A stretch of 62,915 bases of DNA, filler included, from Octopus bimaculoides (taxonomy: Eukaryota): the NCBI RefSeq assembly GCF_001194135.2. It is 7 parts of 7 records of this genome, joined end to end, with 100 filler letters (N's around TTAATTAATTAA, not from the genome) between each part and the next. Parts side by side here need not be neighbours in the genome. Positions count along the whole stretch, not along the records: positions 16,604 to 45,581 come from NC_068982.1; 6 more parts are not named here. The stretch is one strand, 5' to 3'. The position numbers and the translations under genes were made by a program. The notes below the pieces were generated by a model. The model worked only from the letters and a program-made list of their open reading frames with translations. It did not search any database and was not told the origin of the DNA. Of the stretch, positions 28,731 through 40,846 are shown piece by piece; within the stretch, counting starts at the first letter, position 1; each line of letters starts with the position of its first letter.

Positions 28731-29449
28731 ATGTGTTTGTGTGTGTGTGTGTGCATTAAGTATGTATTACATTACAGTGTGTTAAATCAAGTCCCACTCT
28801 TACCCCATGTGTTATTCATGCAGTAAATAATAGATGGTGTTGTTAGCATCGTCACTGTAGTCATTTAACCCCCTAGTTCAGCTTTAATTGTGCAGGTTCA
28901 TGATCAAAGATGCTGCAGTTGTGATCATCTCACTTTTTTTTTCCGGGTTATGTAGGATAATATTATTCAATGTGTCCTTTCTGTTTGTTCTTTCTTTGTT
29001 TTTGTCTTCTTTTTTTTTGTAAGCCAGTAAGGTGCGATTTGAAAGAGATTTCGCTATTATTACTTGCAGGTTGGGTGACTGCATACAGATTCACTCTATG
29101 GTTTGTGAGCATTTGTAGTATTCAACTTCAATGGATTCACCTATTTTCTCAATTATCTTATTTTTGTGATTTTTTATTTATTTATTTATATGTCTGTGAA
29201 TGTGAATTTTTACATAGCTAACATTATACAAAAGTTTTGCAACACTTGATGGTAAGATTGCTGCATCAAGTGAAATTGATGAACCGATTACATGTCTTAA
29301 TGGATTTCCACTTTGTAGTATTTCTAATGCTTCCTTTATAACAGGAATTCTATCATCTTCAAGGAAATGGCATCTAGCTGGAATGGCTTTCAATGAAAAC
29401 TTTTTTTGTTTCTTCAAAATGTTGATCAAATTGTGTAATGGTTCTTAAC

Positions 29450-30780
29450 CTGAAAGCATTATCACGAAACTTATATTAATATTCAAGCAGCTCATCATTC
29501 ATGCATACTTTCCATACTTCTGCTGATATATATCCAAGCCTGTAGCCTTATTGCTTTGTGTCAATTTGATTGAATCTTTCACCTCCTGCATTGTAAAATT
29601 ACCAACAACAATAGGCAATGGGTCAGATACCTTGTCAATATTTCCCTCAACTATCAAGGATGGTTGACCAAGTAACTTAACAAAATTTTCCTGTCCCTAA
29701 CTCCACACTTTCCTCAGGGCTTTCAACTTCTATTGTACCCTGGTTGGTTTTCTTTCTTCCAGTTATTTCACGGATAACATTCCATACAAGTTTAGCTTTA
29801 CAATTCAAGTGGGTGTTATACAGTTGTTCTATTTTCTACTTAATGCAGCTTTCTTGTTCCTGTCCCTAACTCCACAATTTCCTCATGGCTTTCAGCTTCT
29901 ATCGTACCCTGGTTGGTTTTCTTTCTTCCAGTAATTTCACTGATAAAACTCCAAGCAAGCTTAGCTTTACAATTCAAGTGGGCATTATGCAGTTCTATTT
30001 TCTACTTAATGCAGCTTTCTTGTTCCTTGATATGTTAGTTCTACCTGATACCACAATTTCTGCTATAAATGTCCTCTACATAAACATGGAAGCTCAAGTC
30101 CTCTCTTCTGATGGTGAATACTGAGTTTTTTCAAATTCTAGCAGGTCTCCTTCAAGGTGACACATTAGCACCATATCTTTTCATAATAACTCTAGACTTT
30201 GTTCTTTAGGGAAGCCATTGTTATTTAGAAAGATCTCAGCTTTATATTGACACAAAGAAGTCAGCAAAACTCACCAATTGTTATATGTGAGACAAATTTC
30301 AATAGCTCTTTTATTAAATACCATTGATCAAGTTCAAAAATCTCTTCATAAAGTCAAATACTTTGTTTGAAAAATGGGTCTACACATAAATGTTACCAAG
30401 ACAGAGTACATGTCACTTAACCAAGATGGAAATCTTGTCACACTGGATGGTAGAATACTAAATTGAACTGATGATTTTCTATATTTGGGCAGCTGGATAA
30501 GTTCATAAAAAAAGGATATTGATATTAGACTGCAGTGAACAAAATGGAAAAGATATGGCAGTCAGATCTACCCAGAAAGAAATCAAAATATCATTCATTA
30601 GAACATTTGTTGAGTTAGTGTTATCGTATGGATCAGATACATGGACTCTCACAAGCAGTTGAGAAGAAACTAACCAGATGGTGAATACACTAAAATGCTT
30701 AGGTTTGTACAAAACATAAACTGATATCAACGTATTACAAATTAAAGTTTATATAGATTTGCAAGGCATTGTTAGAGAAG
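29450..30780. mobile_element. Second LINE (RTE-like) with an inverted 5' segment and a ~170-bp internal tandem duplication
   Basis: Minus strand 30030 to 29450 gives linker and early RT (FTMQEVKDSIK...NKATGLD). Plus strand from ~30030 gives later RT (AINVLY, GLLQGDTLAPYLFII, YLGSWI, YGSDTWTL). Confidence 0.8.
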
Positions 30781-31471
30781 TAAGCAGGAAATTATACACA
30801 AGCTCATATTGTGGGCACTAACTTACAGGAGATGCAGTAGATGCAGATCTACTCAGATATTCATTGATGAACTCTCAGACAATACAAACCTCAGCAAGGA
30901 GCAATTGTCTTTATTATTAAATTAATGTAGAATATTGGTTTCAAATTTCACCAAAAAGCCAGCAATTTTCAGGGGAGGTGATAAGTTGATTACATTGACT
31001 CCAGGGCTTAACTGGTACTTATATCATTTACTCCGAAAGAATGATAGGCAAAGTCGACCTCAGCAGAATTTGAACTTGGAACTTAAGGACAAACGAAATG
31101 TCACCAAGAATTCTGCCTGGCACAGTAATGATTCTGCCAGCTTGCTACCTTAATTATTGTAAAATATAAATAAATTTTAAAAATTACCACAAGCTTATAA
31201 TATATATATTCATTATTATCATCATTTATTGTCCATCTTCATGCTGGCATGGGCTGAACAGCTTAGCAGGATCCAGTAAGCTGAATGATTGCACCTCAGT
31301 TTCTATGAATTGATGTAATTCTTAGCATCAACCACTTTACAAAGTGTACTGAGTGCTTTCTGTCATGCTACCAGCACTAGTAAGGTTACCATGTAACTTG
31401 CAACTCAAAGAAAAAGGAATCCTTCTTTAACTGAATGCATACTCTAAGCTATAGAGCAGTAGAGTATCTAA

Positions 31472-31629
31472 AGAATGTTAGTTATGGCTAGTTCATAGGG
31501 TTACCCAGGATTTCAAGTCCATAAGGTTACCCACTGGCCATTATGGTCTGATGAGACGTGTGTAATGCTAAGCACTTTATGGACTCAAAATCCTAGGTAA
31601 CCCTATGAACTGGACATAACTAACATTCT
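31472..31629. repeat. Foldback element with 54-bp arms and CTGATGAG in the loop
   Basis: Arms at 31472-31525 and 31576-31629 are complementary with a handful of mismatches. Confidence 0.9.
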
Positions 31630-31928
31630 CTAAATATATATATATATGTGCTAATGTAGATAGAGTTTACAACCAAACTATGTCTACATCTGCTTATTCC
31701 AGTATTCTGAATCTGTATGTAGATGTTATATTTGTGTGAGGTATGCACTCGAGGTGAAAATTCTTAGAAATGTTTTTTGCAGAGTAATATATATCAATAC
31801 AGGTAATTAGAAAACGTGTTTGGTTTTATTTATTCCCCATTACACATATTTCATTTGCTAGTGGGAGTTATCAAGCTGTACATGTAGGAGAAACATGTAA
31901 GATATATCAAATTAGAAATTCTTCATTC

Positions 31929-31967
<39 letters not shown>

Positions 31968-32141
31968 TCATCATCATCATCGTTTAACGTCCGCTTTCCA
32001 TGCTAGCATGGGTTGGACGATTTGACTGAGGACTGGTGAAACCGGATGGCAACACCAGGTTCCAATCTAATTTGGCAGAGTTTCTATAGCTGGATGCCCT
32101 TCCTAACGCCAACCACTCAGAGAGTGTAGTGGGTGCTTTTA

Positions 32142-33059
32142 CACAAGATGGTATCAAAGAGTTCCAGGACAAGTTATGTTTAATAAAAGAATAACTTATT
32201 TACTTTAGTTTTAACATCACGTCCTTTGAAATAGTCACCTTGCACAGCAATACACCAGTTCCACCATTCCTGCGACTTTTGAAATCCGACCTGGAAGTCA
32301 TTTTCTATAAATGAGTTGAGGACCTTCTGTGATTCACACTTGATCTTGATAACAGTGTTAAAATGGTGACCTTTGAGCTGCCTTTTCATCTTGAGGAAGA
32401 GATGGAAGTCTGCAGGTGTTAAATCTGGTGAATAAGGCAGGTTGCAGAAGTGATACCATGTTGTTTTCGGTAAGAAACTCATGAGTGAGGAGAGCTTGGT
32501 GATAAGGTGCAATTGTTGTCATGAAAAATCCAATTCTTCATGCTCCACAGATCCAGTTACCTTCGTCAAATGTCCTCCCCCAAATGCTTCAAAGCATTGT
32601 TGATTGTCCTTCGATGATCCCCATGCATAACCTGATGAATTTTCTCCACATTTCCAGAGGGCAACGTTTGTGGCAGGTCTTCCAGATCATTCATCATCTT
32701 CCAGGGATGTTCTTCTACCTTTGAAGCCCTTGTGTGATTTAAAACATTGCATACAACCCATTGCCTCACCACCATAAGTTTATCAAAGCATGCTCAATGT
32801 CTCTATAGCAGATTTCCTACGTTAAACACAAAATTTCACATTGGCTCTTTGTTCCAACTTCCTGTCCATGACTAAAATTGCAGACTGCACTATACGTGTG
32901 GTCACAGAAACACAGATTTCACAACTTGCATAGTAAACACAGTAACTTGGCACACTGCCTTATGAAGGTCACTGCTAGCTCTTACTGCACATGCAACCAT
33001 GTGCTGTCTTCTGTTGGTGCATGACAGTACTAGTCCAAGAACTTTTTGATACCACTATG
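32142..33059 (-). mobile_element. Internally deleted mariner element with TIRs
   Basis: PYSPDLTPADFHLF and GDYF motifs, plus an HTH-region fragment. ~28-bp imperfect TIRs (tggtatcaaaga/aagttc). Confidence 0.9.
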
Positions 33060-33139
33060 CAACTCAATTACAAGATGAAGAAACTAACTACAAGGCGCTG
33101 AGCCTTTTAGTTATTTGCTGTAATTAGAGAAGACACATC

Positions 33140-33490
33140 AAGCTAAGTAAAATCGCAGCCATCCATATGTACAGGCTTGTCCTTTATGGCTGTGCCCCCC
33201 ACTCCCTCTCCCAGGCAAGAGATTTCTGATTTGCAGATGCCAGTGCCCTGCAAAAGGCATTCGTGCCAGTGCCTCATAAAGTGCACTCATGCTGGTGTAA
33301 CATAAAAGCAACCATGCTGCTAGCACATAAAAAGCACCCAGCACACACTGTAAGGTGGTTGACATTAGCAAGAGCATTTAGCCATAGAAACTAAGTCAAA
33401 ACAGACAATTGGAGCCTGGACAGCTGTTTGACTGCCAGCTCCTGCCAAACCATCCAACCCATACCAGCATGGAAAACGGACATTAATTTG
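33140..33490 (+). mobile_element. SINE with a Meta-like central domain and (GAT)n tail, decayed
   Basis: Related to the copies at 31966-32140, 49590-49886, 52700-53020 and 55200-55490 (ggcgttaggaagggcatccagctgtagaa core). Confidence 0.7.
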
Positions 33491-34312
33491 AGGATGAGGA
33501 TGAATAATCTTGATGAAATACATGGTTATCCATATTGATTTATTTTCTTTGACTGTTTTGTTAAATTGCTTTAACAGGAAGCATTATATATATGTTGTGG
33601 AAAGATTCCGACCCCCACTCCTACAAAAATGACTAAAAGTGAACTGACACATTGCTATAAAATAAAGATCAGTGAGTAATTGGTTGAGAAGCAGTTCCCT
33701 GTGAGCTGTTGGTAGAGAGCATTTAACCTCATATAATAGTAATCGTAGTGCATTGTGTGAATACTTTCTTTCCCCCTGCTTTGTTAAATTATTTATCCAG
33801 TACTAGGATATAAAAATATGTTCCCAAATTTATCTTTAAATTGCTGTGGTGCAGTGTCTGATCCACTCATATAATCAAAGAAGTTAAATCAATCAGAAAA
33901 GCCAAACATTTCGTCAAGATCGTTCAGTTGCATTATGAAGATCTGAAATGATGTGTATGAAAAATGATAGCTGTATAAAATAATAATGTGAAAGGAAGCA
34001 AGTGGAAGGAGCATGTGAAAAACAGAAGACACAGAAGGAACTGGTGAAATTTGATCTCAGGATGTTCCTCATGAAGGAGATGACAAAGTCCATAACAAGT
34101 GGCAAGGCACTAGTGTGTTGAAACAAAACTGTCCACCCATGTCTGCTTGGAAAAACAGATATAAACAGATGAGGATAATGACGACGGTGACGATGATGAT
34201 GGTGAAGATGACACAGATCATACCGACAACAATAATGAAATTCATGATGATGTACAGGAGTTTATGATATATGTGTATGTATATGTGTGTGTGAGCATGT
34301 CTGTCTGCCATA

Positions 34313-34506
34313 GCACTTGCAAGAAACTAGCTGATTCAATGCATGACCATATAAAAGTGGTAACTGGTGCTAAAGAAGGGTCAACCAGATATTAAAACTA
34401 ATGTATATTGTGAAATATACCATAATCTACCATGCACATGAGTTTCATTAACATTGAGATAGCAGAACCCCAAAACATTGGGGTGGCCTAATACTTTTGG
34501 CCAAAG

Positions 34507-34512
<6 letters not shown>
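34313..34512 (+). mobile_element. Tc1-like 3' end and TIR
   Basis: CKKLADSM...GAKEGSTRY* followed by ...cctaatacttttggccaaagctgTA. Confidence 0.7.
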
Positions 34513-34544
<32 letters not shown>

Positions 34545-35918
34545 ATGTATGTGTGTGTGTATATATATATATATGTATGTATATATNNNNNNNNNNNNNN
34601 NNNNNNNNNNNNNNNNNNNNNNNNNNNNNNNNNNNNNNNNNNNNNNNNNNNNNNNNNNNNNNNNNNNNNNNNNNNNNNNNNNNNNNNNNNNNNNNNNNNN
34701 NNNNNNNNNNNNNNNNNNNNNNNNNNNNNNNNNNNNNNNNNNNNNNNNNNNNNNNNNNNNNNNNNNNNNNNNNNNNNNNNNNNNNNNNNNNNNNNNNNNN
34801 NNNNNNNNNNNNNNNNNNNNNNNNNNNNNNNNNNNNNNNNNNNNNNNNNNNNNNNNNNNNNNNNNNNNNNNNNNNNNNNNNNNNNNNNNNNNNNNNNNNN
34901 NNNNNNNNNNNNNNNNNNNNNNNNNNNNNNNNNNNNNNNNNNNNNNNNNNNNNNNNNNNNNNNNNNNNNNNNNNNNNNNNNNNNNNNNNNNNNNNNNNNN
35001 NNNNNNNNNNNNNNNNNNNNNNNNNNNNNNNNNNNNNNNNNNNNNNNNNNNNNNNNNNNNNNNNNNNNNNNNNNNNNNNNNNNNATATATATATATATAT
35101 ATATAAATGTATATATTAATTTAATCAGGAATGGTAAAACAGTGCTAATAACCCTTGCTGATACTGACAAGCTGGTAAGGTTGATGTGATTAATGTTCAT
35201 CTTGATGTTCGAAAGAATTGGGTGGGGGAGATATTCCTACAGTAGTGCTTCTAAATGCTTTTTCTGTTTTCCCATTCTCATCTACCAGTTTACAATCCTA
35301 ATGTCCACCCCATTATGTATGCCAAAAAAAAAGTAGTATTATATACAACAGGACTTACTGCATAACATTAACAAGTTTATATTAAGTTTACATTGGCAGT
35401 GTTAACATCAATACTAAGAAATATTGTACTCCGTCAGTTTCAACGACAAGGGTTCCAGTTGATCTGATCATCCGAAGATCCTGCTTGTGAAATTAACATG
35501 CAAGAGACTGAACACTCCACAGACACATGTACCTTCAACGTAGTCCTCAGGGAGATTCAATGTGACACAGTGCATGACAAGGCTGGCCCTTTGAAATACA
35601 TGTACTACTCGTTTTTGCCCTCTGAGTGGACTGGAACAATGTGAGATACGGTGCCTTGCTCAAGGACATAATGTGTCATCAGGAATTGAACTCATGACCT
35701 TATAATCACGAGCTGAATACCCTAACCTCTAAGCCATGTGCCTTCACATTAAAGAATATATATCTAGCAAAAACAGTTTGAATATTGATAAAGAATTTTT
35801 TGATGTAAAAAATAATCCCTTGATGCAATTCGCAAATAGCCTGCTAGAATCTTAGTTTTTGTTTGGAAGAGAATTAGGGGGAATTTTTCCCATGGTTACG
35901 AATTGTAGTAGTTTAGAG

Positions 35919-36176
35919 CAGTGGATTTCAACTGGGATTCCATAAAGCTCTTGGAGTTCTATACAAGATTTTGTTGTTAAAATTTATGTGCAATAAACTG
36001 GTTATATTTCCACAATACATGAAATATTTTAGCAATTTTTTATACAATTCCTAATAATATTTAATTATAAAAATATAATAGGAATTTTTAGACATCAAAT
36101 GGCTATGAGGGTCCCCTTACCCTGAGTAAAATAGGAATCAAAGGGGTCCACTGGCAAAAAATGGTTGAGAACCTCT
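35919..36176. mobile_element. hAT (Charlie-like) MITE
   Basis: Ends cagtggatttcaac / gttgagaacctct resemble cagtggttctcaac TIRs. AT-rich, non-coding interior. Confidence 0.65.
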
Positions 36177-37411
36177 AGAGGATAACACTTCTGAGAAGGG
36201 AGGAAAAAAAGGATGTTTCATATTTTATTTGAGAAGGGATACACAGAAGAAATGACATGAGTCATGACAATAAATAATATGGAGGTATGTAGTTTACACC
36301 TTACTGTTTTTCACTTTGGTAAGAACAAGTGGGATACAGACTGTTGAAGAATGATGAAGGTTTGACAATCAAAGAGGTGATTTATTTATTTAGTTAGTTT
36401 TGTGAGCAGCTGGTGAGTGCAGAAATTAATGCTTGGATTCCTGAAGCAGTGTTTTATGTTTGCAACCAGTACTTTTGTATACATCACACTGTTAACTTGT
36501 AGAGGGTCAGCAGCAATTCAAGAAGAAATGAAGGGCTGAAGTAGCTTCTCCTCCAGTTGGTTGGTATCACATCAATCATGGTGATTTGATTGGTGACATC
36601 CAGCATATGATTGGCTAGTAAAATACTCCGAGAACATTAATAGATTGATTAATAAATAGATTAATTAAAAATACTCCATTTTACTGTTACATAAAATGAA
36701 CAATTTTGAAGACAAAAGAAATACTTCACTACTCCAATCCAAGAAGTACCACAAGTTACATATAGCATATTGTAAAATACAATAAATTTTAAAAGAATGC
36801 AACTCACTGACCACTATTATTTTGAAACTGGTACTACACATTTTAAGTCCTAAATTTTCAGAACAGCAGCCTTAACTACAATAAAGATAGTATAAGTTAT
36901 TGATGAAATGTTAATTAAATGTTGCATTTCAAATGAAACCAGCATGCCAGACAATGGCATGGGTCTATTTATGATATTGAATCAATTGATTTTTTTTTGT
37001 TTTTTTCAAAGTATTTCATCAACCACTTTTAATCAACAGAGCTACTCTTGAAAACCTTACTGAAGTCACACAATAACCAACAACAGAATGTACCAAAAGG
37101 AAGAACATATATATATATATGAATAAAAATAAAAATAAAAAAATATAAAAAAGGGTTTTGTATGATCGTGTATAGAGGAATATATTATTTAAAAAGAGTT
37201 CCAGCTCTGTCTGTTTTTTATGTTTTATTTATATCCTTATAAAATTAATGTGGGATATAGAATATGGAATATATGATATAAATAGTAAAATGAAATGAAA
37301 TATTTAATGTGTTATTGAATATATGAAATATTGAGTATTAAATATAGAGTATAAAATATATAAGGACTAGTATACTTTCCTGCCTCATGGCAGTCATCAA
37401 GGTCCCATCTG

Positions 37412-37450
<39 letters not shown>

Positions 37451-37790
37451 GATGAACTATTGGAGCTGAATCATATTTCTCAATATCATTTGTAATTTCT
37501 TCCCTCCAGTAGGAAATATTTTTTTAAGAGTTAAAAGAAAATATTATGGCAAACAGGAATATATTTATGCAAATTTATTCTATAAAAGAAGCCTGTTGTT
37601 GTTGTTGTTGTTGTTGTGATCACAAAGTCAACTCTCATCAAGCATGTGATCAAAGACATTCCAGTCATGATTATAGCAACTTTGTGTGTGTGTGTGTGTG
37701 TTTGTGTGTGTGTTTGTGTGTGCATTTATGTATGTACTTATATATATATATACATACATATGCGTGTGTGTATATATATACAGAGAGAGA

Positions 37791-37828
<38 letters not shown>

Positions 37829-37849
37829 ATCACAGATATACACACATAG

Positions 37850-38664
37850 ATATAGACTGATAGATACATATATAAAGAAGAAATACAGTAATATTGAGAT
37901 GAAGCATAGCATCTCTGGGGCTAGTGACTGCTACATCATATCACACTTCAAAGACTATGCATTTGTATTCCAAGAACAGGAGATTGCTACAAAACATCAA
38001 TAAACAAGAGACTGAAGCCTGTGGAGCTCGAGGATGCAACCAAAATTGTAGATTATGTCATAGTTCTGTGGAAGACACCACACATGCAATTTACAACTGC
38101 CCCAAAATGACATCAAGATACTGCCTCCATATGTGACACAATGTCTCACCTTGAACAATATTCAATGAATAATATACAATGTATGCAATGAATATGCATA
38201 AAGCAGTACCTTGTACAATATACAATACCACTCAGAAAAAAGATTATCCTGGAATAAATATCGAGAATCTCCCTGTTATTGTATATATATATATGTTGTT
38301 GGCACTCCGTCGCTTACAACGTCGAGGGTTCCAGTTGATCCGATCAATGGAACAGCCTGCTCATGAAATTAACGTGCAAGTGGTTGAGCATACCACAGAC
38401 ACGTGTACCCTTAACGCAGTTCTCGGGGATATTCAATGTGACACAGTGTGACAAGGCTGACCCTTTGAATTACAGGTACAACAGAAACAGGAAGTAAGAG
38501 TGAGAGAAAGTTGTGGTGAAAAGAGTACAGCAGGGTTCGCCACCATCCCCTGCCAGATCCTCGTGGAGCTTTAGGTGTTTTTGCTCAATAAACACTCACA
38601 ACGCCCGGTCTGTGAATCGAAACCGTGAGTCCGCTGCCCTAACCACTGGGCCATTGCCCCTCCA

Positions 38665-38707
<43 letters not shown>

Positions 38708-39001
38708 AGCATAAACACANNNNNNNNNNNNNNNNNNNNNNNNNNNNNNNNNNCAGTTCTCGGGGATATTCAATGTGACACAGTGTGACAAGGCTGACCC
38801 TTTGAATTACAGGTACAACAGAAACAGGAAGTAAGAGTGAGAGAAAGTTGTGGTGAAAAGAGTACAGCAGGGTTCGCCACCATCCCCTGCCAGATCCTCG
38901 TGGAGCTTTAGGTGTTTTTGCTCAATAAACACTCACAACGCCCGGTCTGTGAATCGAAACCGTGAGTCCGCTGCCCTAACCACTGGGCCATTGCCCCTCC
39001 A

Positions 39002-39044
<43 letters not shown>

Positions 39045-39290
39045 AGCATAAACACAAGGAATACTGGTGGAACATTCCCATCAAAAACATGTCAAATATA
39101 AACATAGTAGGATAGATGTTCTTGTATGGGTTAGACAAGAAAAACTACATGCAGTCATGGAGGTCAGCCACCTTGCTGATGCGAATATCTCTATGAAAAT
39201 CAAAGAAAATGAACATAACTATGGACAACTGAAATCTCTAGCTTCTAGATTCAGATTATAAATTCATATTTATACCAATAATTTTTATTG
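37850..39290 (+). mobile_element. R4/Dong-like RLE LINE remnant interrupted by a tRNA-derived SINE
   Basis: CCHC motif CRLCHSSVEDTTHAIYNCP at ~38040-38105 and an RLE-like segment MEVSHLADANISMK at ~39150. SINE at 38290-38665. Confidence 0.7.
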
Positions 39291-39774
39291 CTGTTAGTTT
39301 TGTGAGTAAATGTCTAAGTGACAATATGGATAAGCTTAGGTTTTCAGAAAAAGAAATCAACCAACGGTGAATTACAAATACTATCTGTAAGTGGAACAGT
39401 CAAAATATGCAAGACTTTTCTCAAGTTTAATATTTACATTGCTTTTTTTTACATACAACTCAATGATGGAGCTTTGTATCATCGTTAGATACCAGCTTCT
39501 TCTGCAGAGGCAGAATTCAAATAATTAAAACCAAGAGAGAACACACACAAACATACATACATATTCAGATGCTGGATATTTCTAAAGAAAATCAGGCTTG
39601 GTTTACCAGAGGATAATTGGGAACAAATAACTCTGAGTACTGGAAATCAGAGCCTTTCAGTATTAAAAAATACTCTACATTTGTATTGAGTTCTGTAATT
39701 TATTGCTTCTGATGAATCAGTAGATATATATGGCACACTGTGATGTGTGACCTATGATGGAAATCCTCATTAAT

Positions 39775-40040
39775 AGAAATTTATATTGGTTGGGTCACAT
39801 ACACAGGATGGACAACAACAGAGTCCCCAGACAAATCCTTTACTCCCAACTATGCAAAGGGACAAGAAACCATGGAACACCTAAACTGTGATTCAAAGAT
39901 ATTGCAAAAAGAAACATGAAGTGGAAAGGAATTGATCATAATAAATGGCAAACCCAAGTGAAGGACTGACCAGTATGGAGAAAGCTTATCAAGTCCCGCC
40001 AAAGCCATGAACAATCACAGTCACGACAACTGACTGCAGA
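39775..40040 (+). mobile_element. RTE/BovB-like 3' fragment
   Basis: WLGHIHRMDNNRVPRQILYSQL... Confidence 0.75.
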
Positions 40041-40041
40041 T

Positions 40042-40103
<62 letters not shown>

Positions 40104-40225
40104 NNNNNNNNNNNNNNNNNNNNNNNNNNNNNNNNNNNNNNNNNNNNNNNNNNNNNNNNNNNNNNNNNNNNNNNNNNNNNNNNNNNNNNNNNNNNNNNNN
40201 NNNNNNNNNNNNNNNNNNNNNNNNN

Positions 40226-40260
<35 letters not shown>

Positions 40261-40805
40261 GAGAGAGAGAGCTGCATTTACAATGTGTTCCTTCTATTTA
40301 AGATTGTAGGGGCGATTTGAGGAACATTTGATTGCAATTTCTAGCAGACTGAATATTTTCATTTACTCTCCTTCTTTTGTTTGTTTTCTGTTTTGTCATA
40401 CTAGCTCTAATTATTTTCTATTTCCAAGTAAACCCCAGGCCATGTGGTTAAGAATTGCACTTTGCAATCATTGGTGTCAGATTTGTTGCCCCTATATGGC
40501 ATCTTTGATATATATCTTCTGCTATAACCTTACACTGATCAATGTCTTTTGAGAATTCACACACTGAATTCATAGGAAGCCCATAATATGTGCATGTGTG
40601 TGGGGGCAGGGTATGTGCGTGTATGTGTGTGTTCACGTGTGTGTATATAATAATAGTAACTTTTAGAAAACATACATGGTATTTCATGTTTTATACGTGT
40701 TTCAAATTAACTGCCAGGATTACATAACTGCTTATTGAAAAATTATATTATCATATTAATTTACTTCCTCAGTATTCAGCATGTGTGCATGTGTGCGTGC
40801 GTGCA

Positions 40806-40846
<41 letters not shown>

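Noticed and set aside
38416-39056. ~300-bp exact tandem duplication of a SINE segment across a small gap
   Set aside because: The copies look identical on both sides of the Ns, typical of an unmerged contig overlap.
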